Assembly (NCBI GenBank): GCA_965248835.1
Contig: CBDFLJ010000001.1
Coordinates: 960,001-1,024,000, forward strand
DNA: 64,000 nucleotides
Direction of reading: 5' to 3'
Origin: Alphaproteobacteria bacterium
Lineage (GTDB): Bacteria; Pseudomonadota; Alphaproteobacteria; MPNO01
Shown here: piece after piece, positions 19,390 to 29,559 of the stretch
Position numbering within the stretch: the stretch's first letter is position 1
Layout: every line of letters begins with the position of its first letter
Made by a program: the position numbers and the translations under genes
The notes under the pieces: generated by a model
Databases searched by the model: none
Told to the model about the DNA's origin: nothing
Seen by the model: the letters and a program-made list of their open reading frames with translations, nothing else

Positions 19390-21066
19390 CTACGGCGCGG
19401 CGCCGTAGTCCCGCGCCGCGGCTTGAGCGCTGACGTAGCCCAGCGCCACGTCACGCGCGATCGCGTCTGGGCTGCGCTCGCCGGGCGGGCCAAATCCGCC
19501 GCCGCCGGGGCTTTGGATCCGCACCTTCTGGCCGCGCTTGAGGACGGCGCCGAACAGCTTGGCCCCCATCACCGGCGCGCGCGGCCCGTCGTCGGTGTCG
19601 TAGCGCACCAGGTTGAGCGCGCCCGGCCCGCCGCCGAGGACGCCCGGCGGAGCAAAGGCGCCGCGCTCGCCGAGCACCACCAGATCGGCGGTCTCCTCCA
19701 GCACCTCGATCTCGTAGACCGCGCCCAGGCCGCCGCGGTGACGGCCGGGCCCGCCGCTGTCCGGGCGCAGGGCCCATTGGTTGAAGATCACCGGGAAGGC
19801 CGCCTCGAAGATCTCGACCGGCGGGATGCTCGCCATCGAGATCGGCGCGTTGCCGTGGTCCAGCCCGTCGCCATGGGGATGTCCGCCATGCCCGCCGCCG
19901 AAGAAGGTGAACAGGATCCATCTCCGTCTTTGCGCATCCGAGCGCCGGCCCGAAAGGAGCAGCGCGTTGATCGTCCCGTAGGGCGCGCCGTTGACCCGGT
20001 CGGGTGCGACCTGGGCGAAGGCGCAGAACATCACGTCGATCATCCGAAGGATGGTCTCGGTATAGCCGGAGACCGGCCTGGGCGGGACGGCGGCAAGGAT
20101 GCTGCCGTCGGGGATGACATGGGTGACCGGCGCCAGCACGCCTGCATTGGCGGGCAGTTCGTGGAAGATGTGCTTGAGCCCGACGAAGGTCGCGGCGATC
20201 GCCGTCGGCCGGGAGATGTTGAGCGGGCCGGCGCACGCCGCCCCGCTGCGCGAGAAGTCGAGCGTGATCGCATCGCCTTCGATCACCAGGTCGAGGGCGA
20301 TGCGGATCGGCGTGTCCTCGATCCCGTCGTTGTCGAGCCAGTCCTCGGCGCTGTAGGTGCCGTCGGGCAGCGCAGCGATCTCGGCGCGCATCAGCCGCGC
20401 CGCGCGCGCGGTGATCTCGGCCATCGTCGCGGCCACGGTGGCCGCGCCGTAATCGGCGATCAGTGCTTGCAGCCGGCGCGCGCCGAGCGCGAGCGCGGCA
20501 AGCTGGGCGCTGAGGTCGCCATAGGCACTGTCGGGCAGGCGCGAGTTGGCGCGGATGATGGCGACCACGTCGGGGTCGATCCGGCCGCCCGCGACCAGCT
20601 TCACCGGGGGGATGCGCACGCCTTCCTGCATCGCATCGCGCGCCAGCGGATTGTAGTTGCCCGGCACGTTGCCGCCGATGTCCTGGTAGTGGCCGACGGA
20701 GGCGAGCGTGCAGAACGGCGCGCCGTCGTGGAAGAACGGGCGTACGAGCTTGAAATCGTTGAGGTGCGTCGCCCCCTCATAGGGATCGTTGGACAGGTAC
20801 ACATCGCCTGGTCTGAAACCGCCGTCGGAAGCGGCACGGGCCATCGCGAGCCGGGTGGCGAAGCTCATCGCGCCGACGAAGATCGGCAGGCCGGCCTTGC
20901 CCTGGACCAGCGTGTCGCCGGTCGCGGCATCGTAGATGCCGTGGCTGCCGTCACGGGCCTCGGCGATCACCGGGCTGAAGGCGGCACGGAACAGGGTGGC
21001 GTCCATCTCGTCGACGATCTGTTCGAGCCGGCCGCGGATGACGGCGAGCGTGACCGGGTCGGTCAT
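19390..21066 (-). CDS. Hydantoinase B/oxoprolinase subunit (copy 1)
   Basis: DPVTLAVI, NDPYEGATHLND, DSGGPGRHRGG, PGGGGFG; close paralog of 17638-19353. Confidence 0.93.
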   Translation of the reverse strand: MTDPVTLAVIRGRLEQIVDEMDATLFRAAFSPVIAEARDGSHGIYDAATGDTLVQGKAGLPIFVGAMSFATRLAMARAASDGGFRPGDVYLSNDPYEGATHLNDFKLVRPFFHDGAPFCTLASVGHYQDIGGNVPGNYNPLARDAMQEGVRIPPVKLVAGGRIDPDVVAIIRANSRLPDSAYGDLSAQLAALALGARRLQALIADYGAATVAATMAEITARAARLMRAEIAALPDGTYSAEDWLDNDGIEDTPIRIALDLVIEGDAITLDFSRSGAACAGPLNISRPTAIAATFVGLKHIFHELPANAGVLAPVTHVIPDGSILAAVPPRPVSGYTETILRMIDVMFCAFAQVAPDRVNGAPYGTINALLLSGRRSDAQRRRWILFTFFGGGHGGHPHGDGLDHGNAPISMASIPPVEIFEAAFPVIFNQWALRPDSGGPGRHRGGLGAVYEIEVLEETADLVVLGERGAFAPPGVLGGGPGALNLVRYDTDDGPRAPVMGAKLFGAVLKRGQKVRIQSPGGGGFGPPGERSPDAIARDVALGYVSAQAAARDYGAAP

Positions 21067-21148
21067 CGTGCGGGGGACGCCGGGGCCGAACGTTGCATCG
21101 CGGTGCGATGATGGCATAGTGCGCGCATCAAGTCATGGGAGCGCCGCG

Positions 21149-21724
21149 ATGGAGATCCGCAAGCTGGTGAGCATTGTCGAGGAGACGCGCATCGAGCTCG
21201 GCCGGCCCATAGAGCCGCCGACCCGGCAGGCCGCGGCGGTGGCGGTGATCGCCAACCCCTATGCCGGGCGCTATGACGCCACGCTGGAGGCGCTGCAGGC
21301 GGCGGGCGCCGAGCTCGGCGACATGCTGGTGCGCCGGGCGGTCGCAGCGCTGGGCATCGACGGTCAAGCGGTGCACAGCTACGGCAAAGCCGCGATCGTC
21401 GGCGAGAACGGCGAGCGCGAACATGCCGCGGCCGTCCTGCATCCCCGGCTCGGCCGCCCGGTGCGCGAGGTCGTCGGGCCAGCCAGCTCGATCATGCCGT
21501 CCACCAAGAAGATCGGCGGTCCCGGGACGGTCATCGACTGCCCGCTGCACCACAAGGACGACATGTGGAAGTTCAGCCACTTCGATTCGATGGCGGTCTC
21601 GCTCGGCGACGCGCCCAGGGCCGATGAGATCGTCGTCATCGTCGCGGTCAGCGATGCCGGCCGCCCGGCCCACCGCGTGGGCGAGGACGTCAAGGTCGCC
21701 GACGTCATGGCGCGCGCCGGATAG
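21149..21724 (+). CDS. Amino acid synthesis (AA_synth, DUF1185-like) family protein
   Basis: MEIRK, AVIANPYAG, SYGKAAIVGENGEREH, SHFD, DAPRADEI. Confidence 0.85.
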   Translation: MEIRKLVSIVEETRIELGRPIEPPTRQAAAVAVIANPYAGRYDATLEALQAAGAELGDMLVRRAVAALGIDGQAVHSYGKAAIVGENGEREHAAAVLHPRLGRPVREVVGPASSIMPSTKKIGGPGTVIDCPLHHKDDMWKFSHFDSMAVSLGDAPRADEIVVIVAVSDAGRPAHRVGEDVKVADVMARAG

Positions 21725-21804
21725 CATCGGCGGCCCGGCGGCGGTGGCAATCATCGCCGCGATGATCTAAAGCTGCGCCGGTCCCAGACACCCCCGGAGG
21801 TCCC

Positions 21805-23013
21805 GTGTCGCTCCTGCGGCCGTTCCGCGCACTGATGCCGACGCCCCGGCACGCCCAGGCCGTCGCCGCGCCGCCCTACGACGTGCTGACCAGCGCCGAG
21901 GCCAGGGCGCGCGCGGCCGGCAACCGGCTGAGCTTTCTCCACGTCTCCAAGCCCGAGATCGACCTTCCCGAGGCGACGGCCCCGGATGCGCCGGAAGTCT
22001 ATGCCAAGGCGGCCGAGAACATGGCCTGGCTCCTCGCCCAAGGCGTGGTCGCCCGGGTCGGGCGGCCGAGCCTTTACGTCTATCGCGCAACCGCCGTCGG
22101 TCATTCGCAGACCGGTATCGCCGGTGCCGTCTCGGTCGCGGATTACCGGGCGGGCCTGGTCCGGCGGCACGAGCTGACCCGCCCCGACAAGGTCGCCGAC
22201 CGCGCCCGGCAGATCGAAGCCGTCGCTGCCCATACCGGTCCGGTCATGCTCGCCCATCGTGACGATCCGGCGCTGGCGCGGGCTACCGCGGCGCTCACCG
22301 CCGGAAAGCCGACGCTGAGCGCATCCTTCGACGGGGTCGATCACGCCGTCTGGGTGCCGTCCGAGGCGGACGCGGCAGCCCTGGGCGCGGCCGCCGACCG
22401 GTTGCCCGCGCTCTATATCGCCGATGGCCATCACCGCTCCGAGGCGGCGTCGCTTGTGGCCGGGTCGGGCAATGGCGAGCCGGCCAACTTCCTCGGCATC
22501 GCCTTTCCCGAAAGCCAGATGCGGATCCTCGACTACAACCGGACGGTGCGCGATCTCAACGGAAGGCAGGCCGAAGACCTGCTGCGCGAGGTCTCCGGTC
22601 CGTTCGACGTCACCCCGTCCGACGCGCCGGTCAGACCGGACCGGCGCCATGTCTTCGGCATGTACCTCGCCGGCGGCTGGCACAGGCTCGCATTGCGCGC
22701 ACCGCCGGCGGCCGACGCCGATCCGGCGGCGCGGCTCGACGTCGCCGTCCTGTCGCGGACGATCCTCGCGCCGGTTCTCGGGCTCGGCGATCCGACGCGC
22801 GAGACCAGGATCGATTTCGTCGGCGGCAGCCGCGGCCTCGAGGCGCTGGCCGCGCGCGTCGACAGCGGCGAGATGGCGGTCGCCTTCGCGCTTTACCCGA
22901 CCGCGCTAGCGGATCTTTTCGCGGTCGCCGACGCCGGCCGGACCATGCCGCCCAAATCGACCTGGTTCGATCCCAAGCTCGCCGACGGGCTGCTGTCGCT
23001 GCCGCTCGACTGA
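21805..23013 (+). CDS. DUF1015 family protein
   Basis: PPYDV, RRHELTRPDK, YIADGHHR, MPPKSTWFDPKL. Confidence 0.9.
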   Translation: MSLLRPFRALMPTPRHAQAVAAPPYDVLTSAEARARAAGNRLSFLHVSKPEIDLPEATAPDAPEVYAKAAENMAWLLAQGVVARVGRPSLYVYRATAVGHSQTGIAGAVSVADYRAGLVRRHELTRPDKVADRARQIEAVAAHTGPVMLAHRDDPALARATAALTAGKPTLSASFDGVDHAVWVPSEADAAALGAAADRLPALYIADGHHRSEAASLVAGSGNGEPANFLGIAFPESQMRILDYNRTVRDLNGRQAEDLLREVSGPFDVTPSDAPVRPDRRHVFGMYLAGGWHRLALRAPPAADADPAARLDVAVLSRTILAPVLGLGDPTRETRIDFVGGSRGLEALAARVDSGEMAVAFALYPTALADLFAVADAGRTMPPKSTWFDPKLADGLLSLPLD

Positions 23014-23018
23014 ACGGC

Positions 23019-23381
23019 TCAGCCGGGCTCGGCGATGTCGACGATCCGGTGGGGCGAGGCATGGATGCCCAGCGTCTTCAGAGGGCTGTCGCCGATCACC
23101 CGGAAAGCGTGGCGAACGCCGGGCTCGAGCACCAGGGTCACCCCGGGCTCGAGCGCCACGGTCTCGCCGCCGTCGGCCGACCAGGCCTCGCCCCGCCCTT
23201 CGAGCACGGTGATCACCTCGACATAGGGGTGGGCATGTTCGGGCGTCGCATAGCCGGGCGGCGAGACCTGGATGCCGGTGCGGATCGGTGTCGAACCCGC
23301 GTCGTCGCCGACCAGGGTCTGATATGTCGCACCGCCGGGAAATTCCTCCTTCGCGACGGTGTCGTGCCTGACGACCATCAT
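23019..23381 (-). CDS. Cupin domain protein
   Basis: PPG...HAHPYVEVITVLEG, PGVRHAF. Confidence 0.85.
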   Translation of the reverse strand: MMVVRHDTVAKEEFPGGATYQTLVGDDAGSTPIRTGIQVSPPGYATPEHAHPYVEVITVLEGRGEAWSADGGETVALEPGVTLVLEPGVRHAFRVIGDSPLKTLGIHASPHRIVDIAEPG

Positions 23382-24061
23382 TGCGCCGTTCCCTCCTTTT
23401 GCCATCCGGTGCGCCGCAGCATCGTGGCGCCCGCCCGGGACGACCGCCGCGCGCGGTGGCCTGCCGGGTTCCTGATCCACGTGCCCGCGCGGTAGCTTCC
23501 GTGCTCGTCGGTCAGCGCGCCGGCGAGGATCAGCAGCTCCTCGCCGTCGGCCGGCCCGAACGCGGCCGGTCCGGTACCGGGCGCGAACCGGACCAGCTCC
23601 ATTGTCTCCGCGAAGCCGTCCTGGCGATAGAGCGTTTTGCGGGACACGCCGGCGGCTTCGTCCGGCTCCCATTCGAGCGCCCCGGTACGGATCACCGCCT
23701 GGCGGCGCGCTTCACCGGGATATTGGCGCAGCTTGACGAACAGCATGCAGCCCTCCCTGACCTCCGGTGCGTGGCTCGTGCCGTCGGGGTTCAGCACGTA
23801 GGTGCCGGCCGGGTAGCGGCCGTGCTCGTCGCCGAAGGTGCCTGAAAGGACCAGGAATTCCTCACCGCCGGGATGGCTGTGCGGCGCGAACCGGCTATGC
23901 GGAGCGTAACGGACGATCGCGGTCACCCGGCCGGCTTCGACCGGTCCGTCGAGGTGGAGGCGCTTGCGCAGCACCCCTGGGGCGGGGCTCGGACGCCAGG
24001 CAAGCCGGGTTGTGTCGATGATCACCCGGCGCGACAGATCGGCGTTGAGATGCCCGCTCAC
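23378..24061 (-). CDS. ChrR-like cupin domain protein
   Basis: W-x-PSPAPGV, HSHPGGEEFLVLSG, YPAGTY, LFVKL. Confidence 0.88.
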   Translation of the reverse strand: MSGHLNADLSRRVIIDTTRLAWRPSPAPGVLRKRLHLDGPVEAGRVTAIVRYAPHSRFAPHSHPGGEEFLVLSGTFGDEHGRYPAGTYVLNPDGTSHAPEVREGCMLFVKLRQYPGEARRQAVIRTGALEWEPDEAAGVSRKTLYRQDGFAETMELVRFAPGTGPAAFGPADGEELLILAGALTDEHGSYRAGTWIRNPAGHRARRSSRAGATMLRRTGWQKEGTAQ

Positions 24062-24092
24062 TCCATCCTCCCCCCGCGGGTACGCGGCGCGC

Positions 24093-25844
24093 TCAGCGCG
24101 CGGGGACCATCCCGGTCCGTCGCGCGACCGTCCAGTAGATCACCAGGATCGGCGCCATCAAGGCGATCATGATGACCGCCACCGCCGAGGCCTCGCCATA
24201 GGCCGATGTCAGCACGAAGCTCCAGACCACCATGGACAGCGGCTGGTTGTCGCCGGTCGACAGCACCACCGGCAGCGTGAGCTCGCGGTAGCTCAACAGC
24301 GCGATCCAGATCCAGGCATACAGCATCGCCGGGCTCAGCAGCGGGATCAGCACCCGGCGCATCACGCCCATCGTGCTCGCCCCGCTCATGCGGGCGGATT
24401 CCTCGAGCTCGGTGTGGATCTGGATCAGCCCGGAATTGGTCATCCGCGTGCCGTAGCTCAGCCGGGCGACGACATAGACCAGGACCAGGACCCAGATCGT
24501 GCCATAGATCGGCACGATGTCGCGCAGCACGAACAGCGCGAGCAGCCACGCCGCGACGCTGAACACGATCGTCGGCACGGTATGGGGCAGAAAGGCGAAG
24601 AAGTCGAAGATCGCCCGCCCCGGCACTCTGGATCGCAGCACCACCCAGGAGATCCCGACGCTGAAGACGACGGTGATCGTCGGCACCAGGATCATCAGGG
24701 TGCCGGTATTGCGCAGCCCGGTCAGAATCAGCGCCTCGGGCAGCTTGAAGTAGTTGTCGAAGGAAAGCTGCTCGACCGCCGCCATCGAGACCGGCTGCAG
24801 ATAGGGCAGACCTGCGGCCCATAGCAGGGTGAGGACCGGCAGAAGCTGGCTGAAGATGAAGAACAGGACGAAAAAGCCGATCGCGGGCCATTTGTAGCGG
24901 CCGAGACTGACCAGGCGCGGGCGGTAGGCCTTGCCGGTCACCACCGCATAGCGCGAGGACCGGCGCTGCACGGTGCTGTACCACCAAGTCAGGAACGCGG
25001 CGAAGACGACCATGATCACGCTGAGGCTCGCCACCCCGCCATATTCCGGCAGCCCGTCGGCCGGGCTGATCTCGCTGTAGACATAGGTGGAGAAGGTGAA
25101 GATCCGCTGCGACAGGCCGAGGATGGCTGGGACATCGAACGCCGCGAAGCCGATCGTATAGACATAGATGCTGGCCGCCAGGATCCCGGGCCAGGCCAGC
25201 GGCAGCGTCACCCGCCGCATGGTCTGCCACAGGTTCGCCCCGCCCATGCCCGCGGCCTCCTCCATCGAGGGGTCCATCGAGCGGAACACGATCGCGGTCA
25301 TGATGAAGGTCACCGGAGTCAGGCTGAGCCCTTCGACGATGCCCATCCCGAGGATGGTCGAGATGTTGAGCGGCGCCTCGGCAAGGCCGAAGACCGCGAT
25401 CAGGATGTGGTTGATCAGCCCGATCCGCGGGTGCAGCAGGAACAGCCAACCGAGCGCGACCGAGAAACCGGGGATCAGCAGCGCAATCGTCAGCAGCGTG
25501 AAGACGATCGGCTTGCCGGGAAAGTCGGTGCGCTCGACGATCCACGCCATCGGCAGGGCGAGGATCAGCGCCACCGCCAGCGTGATCGCCGAAAACAGCA
25601 CCGTGTTGAGGATCACCCGGTAGGTGAACGGGTCGAGAAAGATCTCCGAATAGTAATAGAGCGTGTAAACGAGGTCGTCGTCGCCGGGCGAGCCCTCGGT
25701 GAAGCTGAGCCATAAGATGACCAGGAGCAGGGCCAGGACGGCGGCGCTCGCCAGCACGGCGCCGCCGAGCATAACGGCGGGAAGATAGTCCCGCCGCCCG
25801 ACGGAAGCGGCGGCGGGGAGGCGGATCCCGGCGAGGCCGGCCAT
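24093..25844 (-). CDS. ABC transporter permease (FbpB/iron-thiamine-like, two modules)
   Basis: Two EAA loops (MEEAAGMGG, LEESARMSG), many TM segments. Confidence 0.9.
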   Translation of the reverse strand: MAGLAGIRLPAAASVGRRDYLPAVMLGGAVLASAAVLALLLVILWLSFTEGSPGDDDLVYTLYYYSEIFLDPFTYRVILNTVLFSAITLAVALILALPMAWIVERTDFPGKPIVFTLLTIALLIPGFSVALGWLFLLHPRIGLINHILIAVFGLAEAPLNISTILGMGIVEGLSLTPVTFIMTAIVFRSMDPSMEEAAGMGGANLWQTMRRVTLPLAWPGILAASIYVYTIGFAAFDVPAILGLSQRIFTFSTYVYSEISPADGLPEYGGVASLSVIMVVFAAFLTWWYSTVQRRSSRYAVVTGKAYRPRLVSLGRYKWPAIGFFVLFFIFSQLLPVLTLLWAAGLPYLQPVSMAAVEQLSFDNYFKLPEALILTGLRNTGTLMILVPTITVVFSVGISWVVLRSRVPGRAIFDFFAFLPHTVPTIVFSVAAWLLALFVLRDIVPIYGTIWVLVLVYVVARLSYGTRMTNSGLIQIHTELEESARMSGASTMGVMRRVLIPLLSPAMLYAWIWIALLSYRELTLPVVLSTGDNQPLSMVVWSFVLTSAYGEASAVAVIMIALMAPILVIYWTVARRTGMVPAR

Positions 25845-25879
25845 GCCGCGCCGTCACCGCCTGCGCGGATAAGCGGCCG

Positions 25880-26676
25880 CGGTCCCGCGCCTGCTCGGCC
25901 TCATACAGCCCGCCGGTCGACTGGACGACCAGGAAGGACCCCGCGAAGCCGGCGCTGCGTAGATGGTCCTCGATCTCGCCGATATAGGAGCGCACCTTGG
26001 GGCCGATATAGGCATTGGCGACCACGGTCGAGGTGCGCTCGAACTCGCGGTACTCCTGTGAAAGCTCGTGCGAGGCCGAGACGAAGAGGTGGGGATGGGC
26101 CTCTTCCAGCATCCGCTTGGCGCGCAGCTCGTGATCGGGGTTGCGGTAGCAGTGCAGGAACAGGATCGCCACCGCCTCCATGCCCAGGGCGTCGATCTCG
26201 ACGCCCAGCGCGCGCAGCCGGTCCTCGTCCAGCGGGACGGCTACCTCCCCGGTCGCCAGCACGCGCTCCCGGACCTCGAAGCGCAGCGCGCGCTCGACCA
26301 GGGGTTCGTGCTTCTGGAAGAACAGGTTGTAGGAATCGGGCCGGTTGATCCGGCCGATCTCGTAGATGTCGCGGAACCCCTCGGTGGTGATCAGCGCCGT
26401 CTTCGCGCCGGTGCGCTCAAGGATCGTGTTGACCGCAATCGTCGAGCCGTGCAGGAACAGGCCCGCCGCGCCGAACGCGGTGCCGGCCTTTGCGACCCCG
26501 GCCTCGATGCCGTCGACCAGGCGGTCCGGCGTCGACAGCGTCTTGCCCAGCAGCAACGAGCCGGTGGTCTCGTCGAACGCCGCGATGTCGGTGAACGTCC
26601 CGCCGATATCGGCTGCCAGCCTGATCCGCGAGCCCGCGCGCGCCGCCTCATCCACCATCGCCGGCCCCCTCGCCAT
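25880..26676 (-). pseudogene. Truncated hydantoinase/oxoprolinase A (N-terminal ~265 aa only)
   Basis: ADIGGTFTD, HGSTIAVN, EYREFERTST, QSTGG; homology then stops before the SGPAAG motif. Confidence 0.8.
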
Positions 26677-26711
26677 CAGGTCGTCCGTCGCCTTGACCGC
26701 CGGCCGCCGTC

Positions 26712-27815
26712 TCAGGACCGCATCGCCAGCACGTGCTCGGGCGGCAGATGCAGGACCACCCGATGACCGAGCGCGGGCGGTGCCGCCGGATGAAGCTGGA
26801 CGTGGAGGCTGTGGCCGGCGACGTCGACCACGCAGTCGAGCATGTTGCCGAGGAAGGTCACGGCCTCGACCATACCTTCGACGGCGTTGCCGTCCGCTCC
26901 CGCGCCCGGTGCGCCGAGCACGACGTTCTCCGGCCGGACCGCGACCTTGACCGGATCGCCCACCGAGGCGCCGCCCGCAACCCGACAAGTCAGGGTGCCG
27001 ATCGGTGTTTCGACCCGGGCGCGCTGTCCGCCGTCCACCTCCTCGAGCCCGCGCACCGCGCCTTCGAGGAAATTCGTCTTGCCGATGAAGTCGGCAACGA
27101 ACGAGCCCTGCGGCGCGGCGTAGATCTCCCGCGGCGAGCCTTCCTGGATGATCTTGCCGTCGCTCATGACGCCCATGACGTCGGACATGGTCAGCGCCTC
27201 GATCTGCTCGTGGGTGACGAACAGCGTGGTTACGTCCAGCCGTTTGACCAGATCGGCGAGCTCGAAGCGCATCTCCTCGCGCAGCTTGGCATCGAGGTTC
27301 GACAGCGGCTCGTCGAGCAGCAGCACCTTGGGCTCGCCAACCAGCGCGCGGGCGAGCGCCAGGCGCTGCTGCTGCCCGCCCGACAGGAAGGGGGCGGGGC
27401 GGTCCTCCAGCCCGTCGAGCTGGACCAGCGCCAGCGCGGTGCGCACCCGATCCCGGATCTCCGGTTTGCGCGGTCTGGGCCTGGCGTGGACCAGCGGGAA
27501 GGCAACGTTCTCGAAGACGCTCATGTGCGGCCAGATCGCATAGGACTGAAAGACCATGCCGATGTCGCGCTCGTTGGGCGGCACCCAGATGTCCTTCTCG
27601 GAGGAGTACACGACCTCGCCGCCGACCGCGATCTCGCCGGAGTCCGGCCGCTCCAGCCCGGCGACGCAGCGCAAGGTGGTCGTCTTGCCGCAGCCCGAGG
27701 GACCGAGCAGGGTATAGAACTGGGCCTGTTCGAGGACGATCGAGATGCCGCGCACCGCGTGGTGCTCGACCCCGGCGGACCGGTATGTCAGGGACAGGGA
27801 TTCAATTTGGATCAT
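26712..27815 (-). CDS. ABC transporter ATP-binding protein (PotA/FbpC-like, TOBE domain)
   Basis: GPSGCGKTT, LSGGQQQR, LLLDEP, VTH. Confidence 0.93.
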   Translation of the reverse strand: MIQIESLSLTYRSAGVEHHAVRGISIVLEQAQFYTLLGPSGCGKTTTLRCVAGLERPDSGEIAVGGEVVYSSEKDIWVPPNERDIGMVFQSYAIWPHMSVFENVAFPLVHARPRPRKPEIRDRVRTALALVQLDGLEDRPAPFLSGGQQQRLALARALVGEPKVLLLDEPLSNLDAKLREEMRFELADLVKRLDVTTLFVTHEQIEALTMSDVMGVMSDGKIIQEGSPREIYAAPQGSFVADFIGKTNFLEGAVRGLEEVDGGQRARVETPIGTLTCRVAGGASVGDPVKVAVRPENVVLGAPGAGADGNAVEGMVEAVTFLGNMLDCVVDVAGHSLHVQLHPAAPPALGHRVVLHLPPEHVLAMRS

Positions 27816-28002
27816 CGGCTTCGATCATCGGCGCGCACGCAGCGGCATCTCTTTTCTCCGCGAGGTCGGGATGATCTTGCACAGCCGCGCACGCCGTGGC
27901 GAGTGGTTTCCCGACCCATCGGCTTGAAGCCTTCCGGCGGGCGCCATAGACTCGCCCTCAGCAGCCGGCGGCCGCACGGTGCGCCGCCGGGAGGAGGCTG
28001 GC

Positions 28003-28266
28003 ATGACGGAGAAGGAAGACAAGGAAGACTGCGCCGGGCCGGTGCCGTCCGAACCCCTGCCGGACGATCTTTCCGGGCGTATCAGCTACGGCGATCAGTC
28101 GGCGCACCTCGCGTTCCAGCAGCAGCTCGCCGACCTCCTGGCCCAGGCCGATATCACCGAGGAGCAGCGCCAGCAGTTCCTGATCGCAGCGAGTTGCCCG
28201 TGCTGCGGCGCCGGCGGCCTGTCGCTCAGCCTCGCGCTCAAGCCCGACGCGACGCCGCGGTTCTAA
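28003..28266 (+). CDS. Small hypothetical protein (87 aa) with CPCC motif
   Basis: Strong GGAGGAGG RBS, high-GC3 codons, fills the intergenic gap. Confidence 0.7.
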   Translation: MTEKEDKEDCAGPVPSEPLPDDLSGRISYGDQSAHLAFQQQLADLLAQADITEEQRQQFLIAASCPCCGAGGLSLSLALKPDATPRF

Positions 28267-28278
28267 GCCGGACGCGCC

Positions 28279-29559
28279 CTAAGCCGCGCTACGGGCGTGG
28301 AACCATTTGGCGAGCGCGAGCAAGCTGCGGTCCTCGCCGCGCCCTGCGATGAACTGCACGCCGACCGGAAGCCCGTTGGGCCCGGTGGCGTAGGGCACCG
28401 TCACGCACGGGACGTGCAAGAGCGTCCAGGTGGTCTGGAAGATCGGATCGCCGGTGGCGCCGAGCCCCTCCGGCGCCTCGCCCGGCGCGCTCGGGCTCAG
28501 CAACGCATCGCAGCCTGCGAACATCGCCTCGGCGGCCAGGCGGCAGGCCTTGGCATGGGCGTTGGCGTCATCGAGCGTCGCTGCGTCATAGCTCAGCCCT
28601 TCCTCGATCATGCCGCGCAGGCGGTCGCTGAGATCGCCCCGGTGATCGGCGTATTGCCGCGCGAGGCTGCGCGTGAGCCCGGCGTTGAGAATCACGCGGT
28701 GGCTGTCGGGGATGGCAGCGAAGTCATCGGGCAGGGCGAAGTCGAAGACCTCCGCGCCGAGGTCCGACAGCCGGTCCGCCGCGCGCGCGACCGCGTCGCG
28801 GCTTGCGGCCTCGGCCCGGTCCCAGTGATGGGTCCGGCACAGCCCGATGCGCGGCGTCCGGCCCAGCCCGTCGGGCAACGGGGCAGGCTGCGCACCGCGG
28901 ACGATGTCGTAGAACGCCGCCACATCGTCCACCGAGCGCGCCATGTAGCCCAGCGTGTCGAAGTCCGACTCGAGCGCCAGGATGCCGGTCAGATCAACCG
29001 TGCCGTGGGTCGGCTTGAGCCCGACGACCCCGCAGAAGGCGGCCGGGCGGATCAACGAGCCGGCGGTCTGGTTGCCGAAGGCGATCGGCACCATGGATGC
29101 GCCGACGGCCGCCGCCGAGCCGGACGACGAGCCGCCGGGCGTGTGTGCGGGGTTGTGCGGATTGCGGGTCTTGCCGGGGCTGAAGGTCGCGAACTCGGTG
29201 GAGACCGTCTTGCCCAGCAGGACCGCGCCGGCGTTGCGCATCGCGGCCACGCAGGCGGCGTCGTTCTCGGGCCGGTGCCCCTTGTGGATCGCCGCGCTGC
29301 CGTATTCGGTGGGCAGGTCAGCGCTGTCGATGACGTCCTTGACGCCGAACGGCACGCCGTGAAGCGGACCGCCGCCCGCCCGGTCGGCATCGCGCGCCTG
29401 TTCGAGGGCGTAATCGGGGTCGAGATGGATCCACGCCCGAACCTCGCCCTCGCGATCCTCGATCCGCTCCAGGCAGGACCGCACCAGCGCCTCGGAGGTG
29501 ATCTCGCCCGCCGCGATCGCCGCCGCAGCCTCGCTTGCGGTGCGTTGCCAAGGCTCCAT
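28279..29559 (-). CDS. Amidase signature family protein
   Basis: GPLHGVPFGVKD, GKT, TPGGSSSGSAAAV, GNQTAGSLIRPA. Confidence 0.92.
   Translation of the reverse strand: MEPWQRTASEAAAAIAAGEITSEALVRSCLERIEDREGEVRAWIHLDPDYALEQARDADRAGGGPLHGVPFGVKDVIDSADLPTEYGSAAIHKGHRPENDAACVAAMRNAGAVLLGKTVSTEFATFSPGKTRNPHNPAHTPGGSSSGSAAAVGASMVPIAFGNQTAGSLIRPAAFCGVVGLKPTHGTVDLTGILALESDFDTLGYMARSVDDVAAFYDIVRGAQPAPLPDGLGRTPRIGLCRTHHWDRAEAASRDAVARAADRLSDLGAEVFDFALPDDFAAIPDSHRVILNAGLTRSLARQYADHRGDLSDRLRGMIEEGLSYDAATLDDANAHAKACRLAAEAMFAGCDALLSPSAPGEAPEGLGATGDPIFQTTWTLLHVPCVTVPYATGPNGLPVGVQFIAGRGEDRSLLALAKWFHARSAA

Noticed and set aside
24058-26988. 976-aa ORF as a novel hydantoinase fusion protein
   Set aside because: Only about 265 aa are HyuA-like; the rest is Arg/Gly-rich out-of-frame read-through over the permease gene
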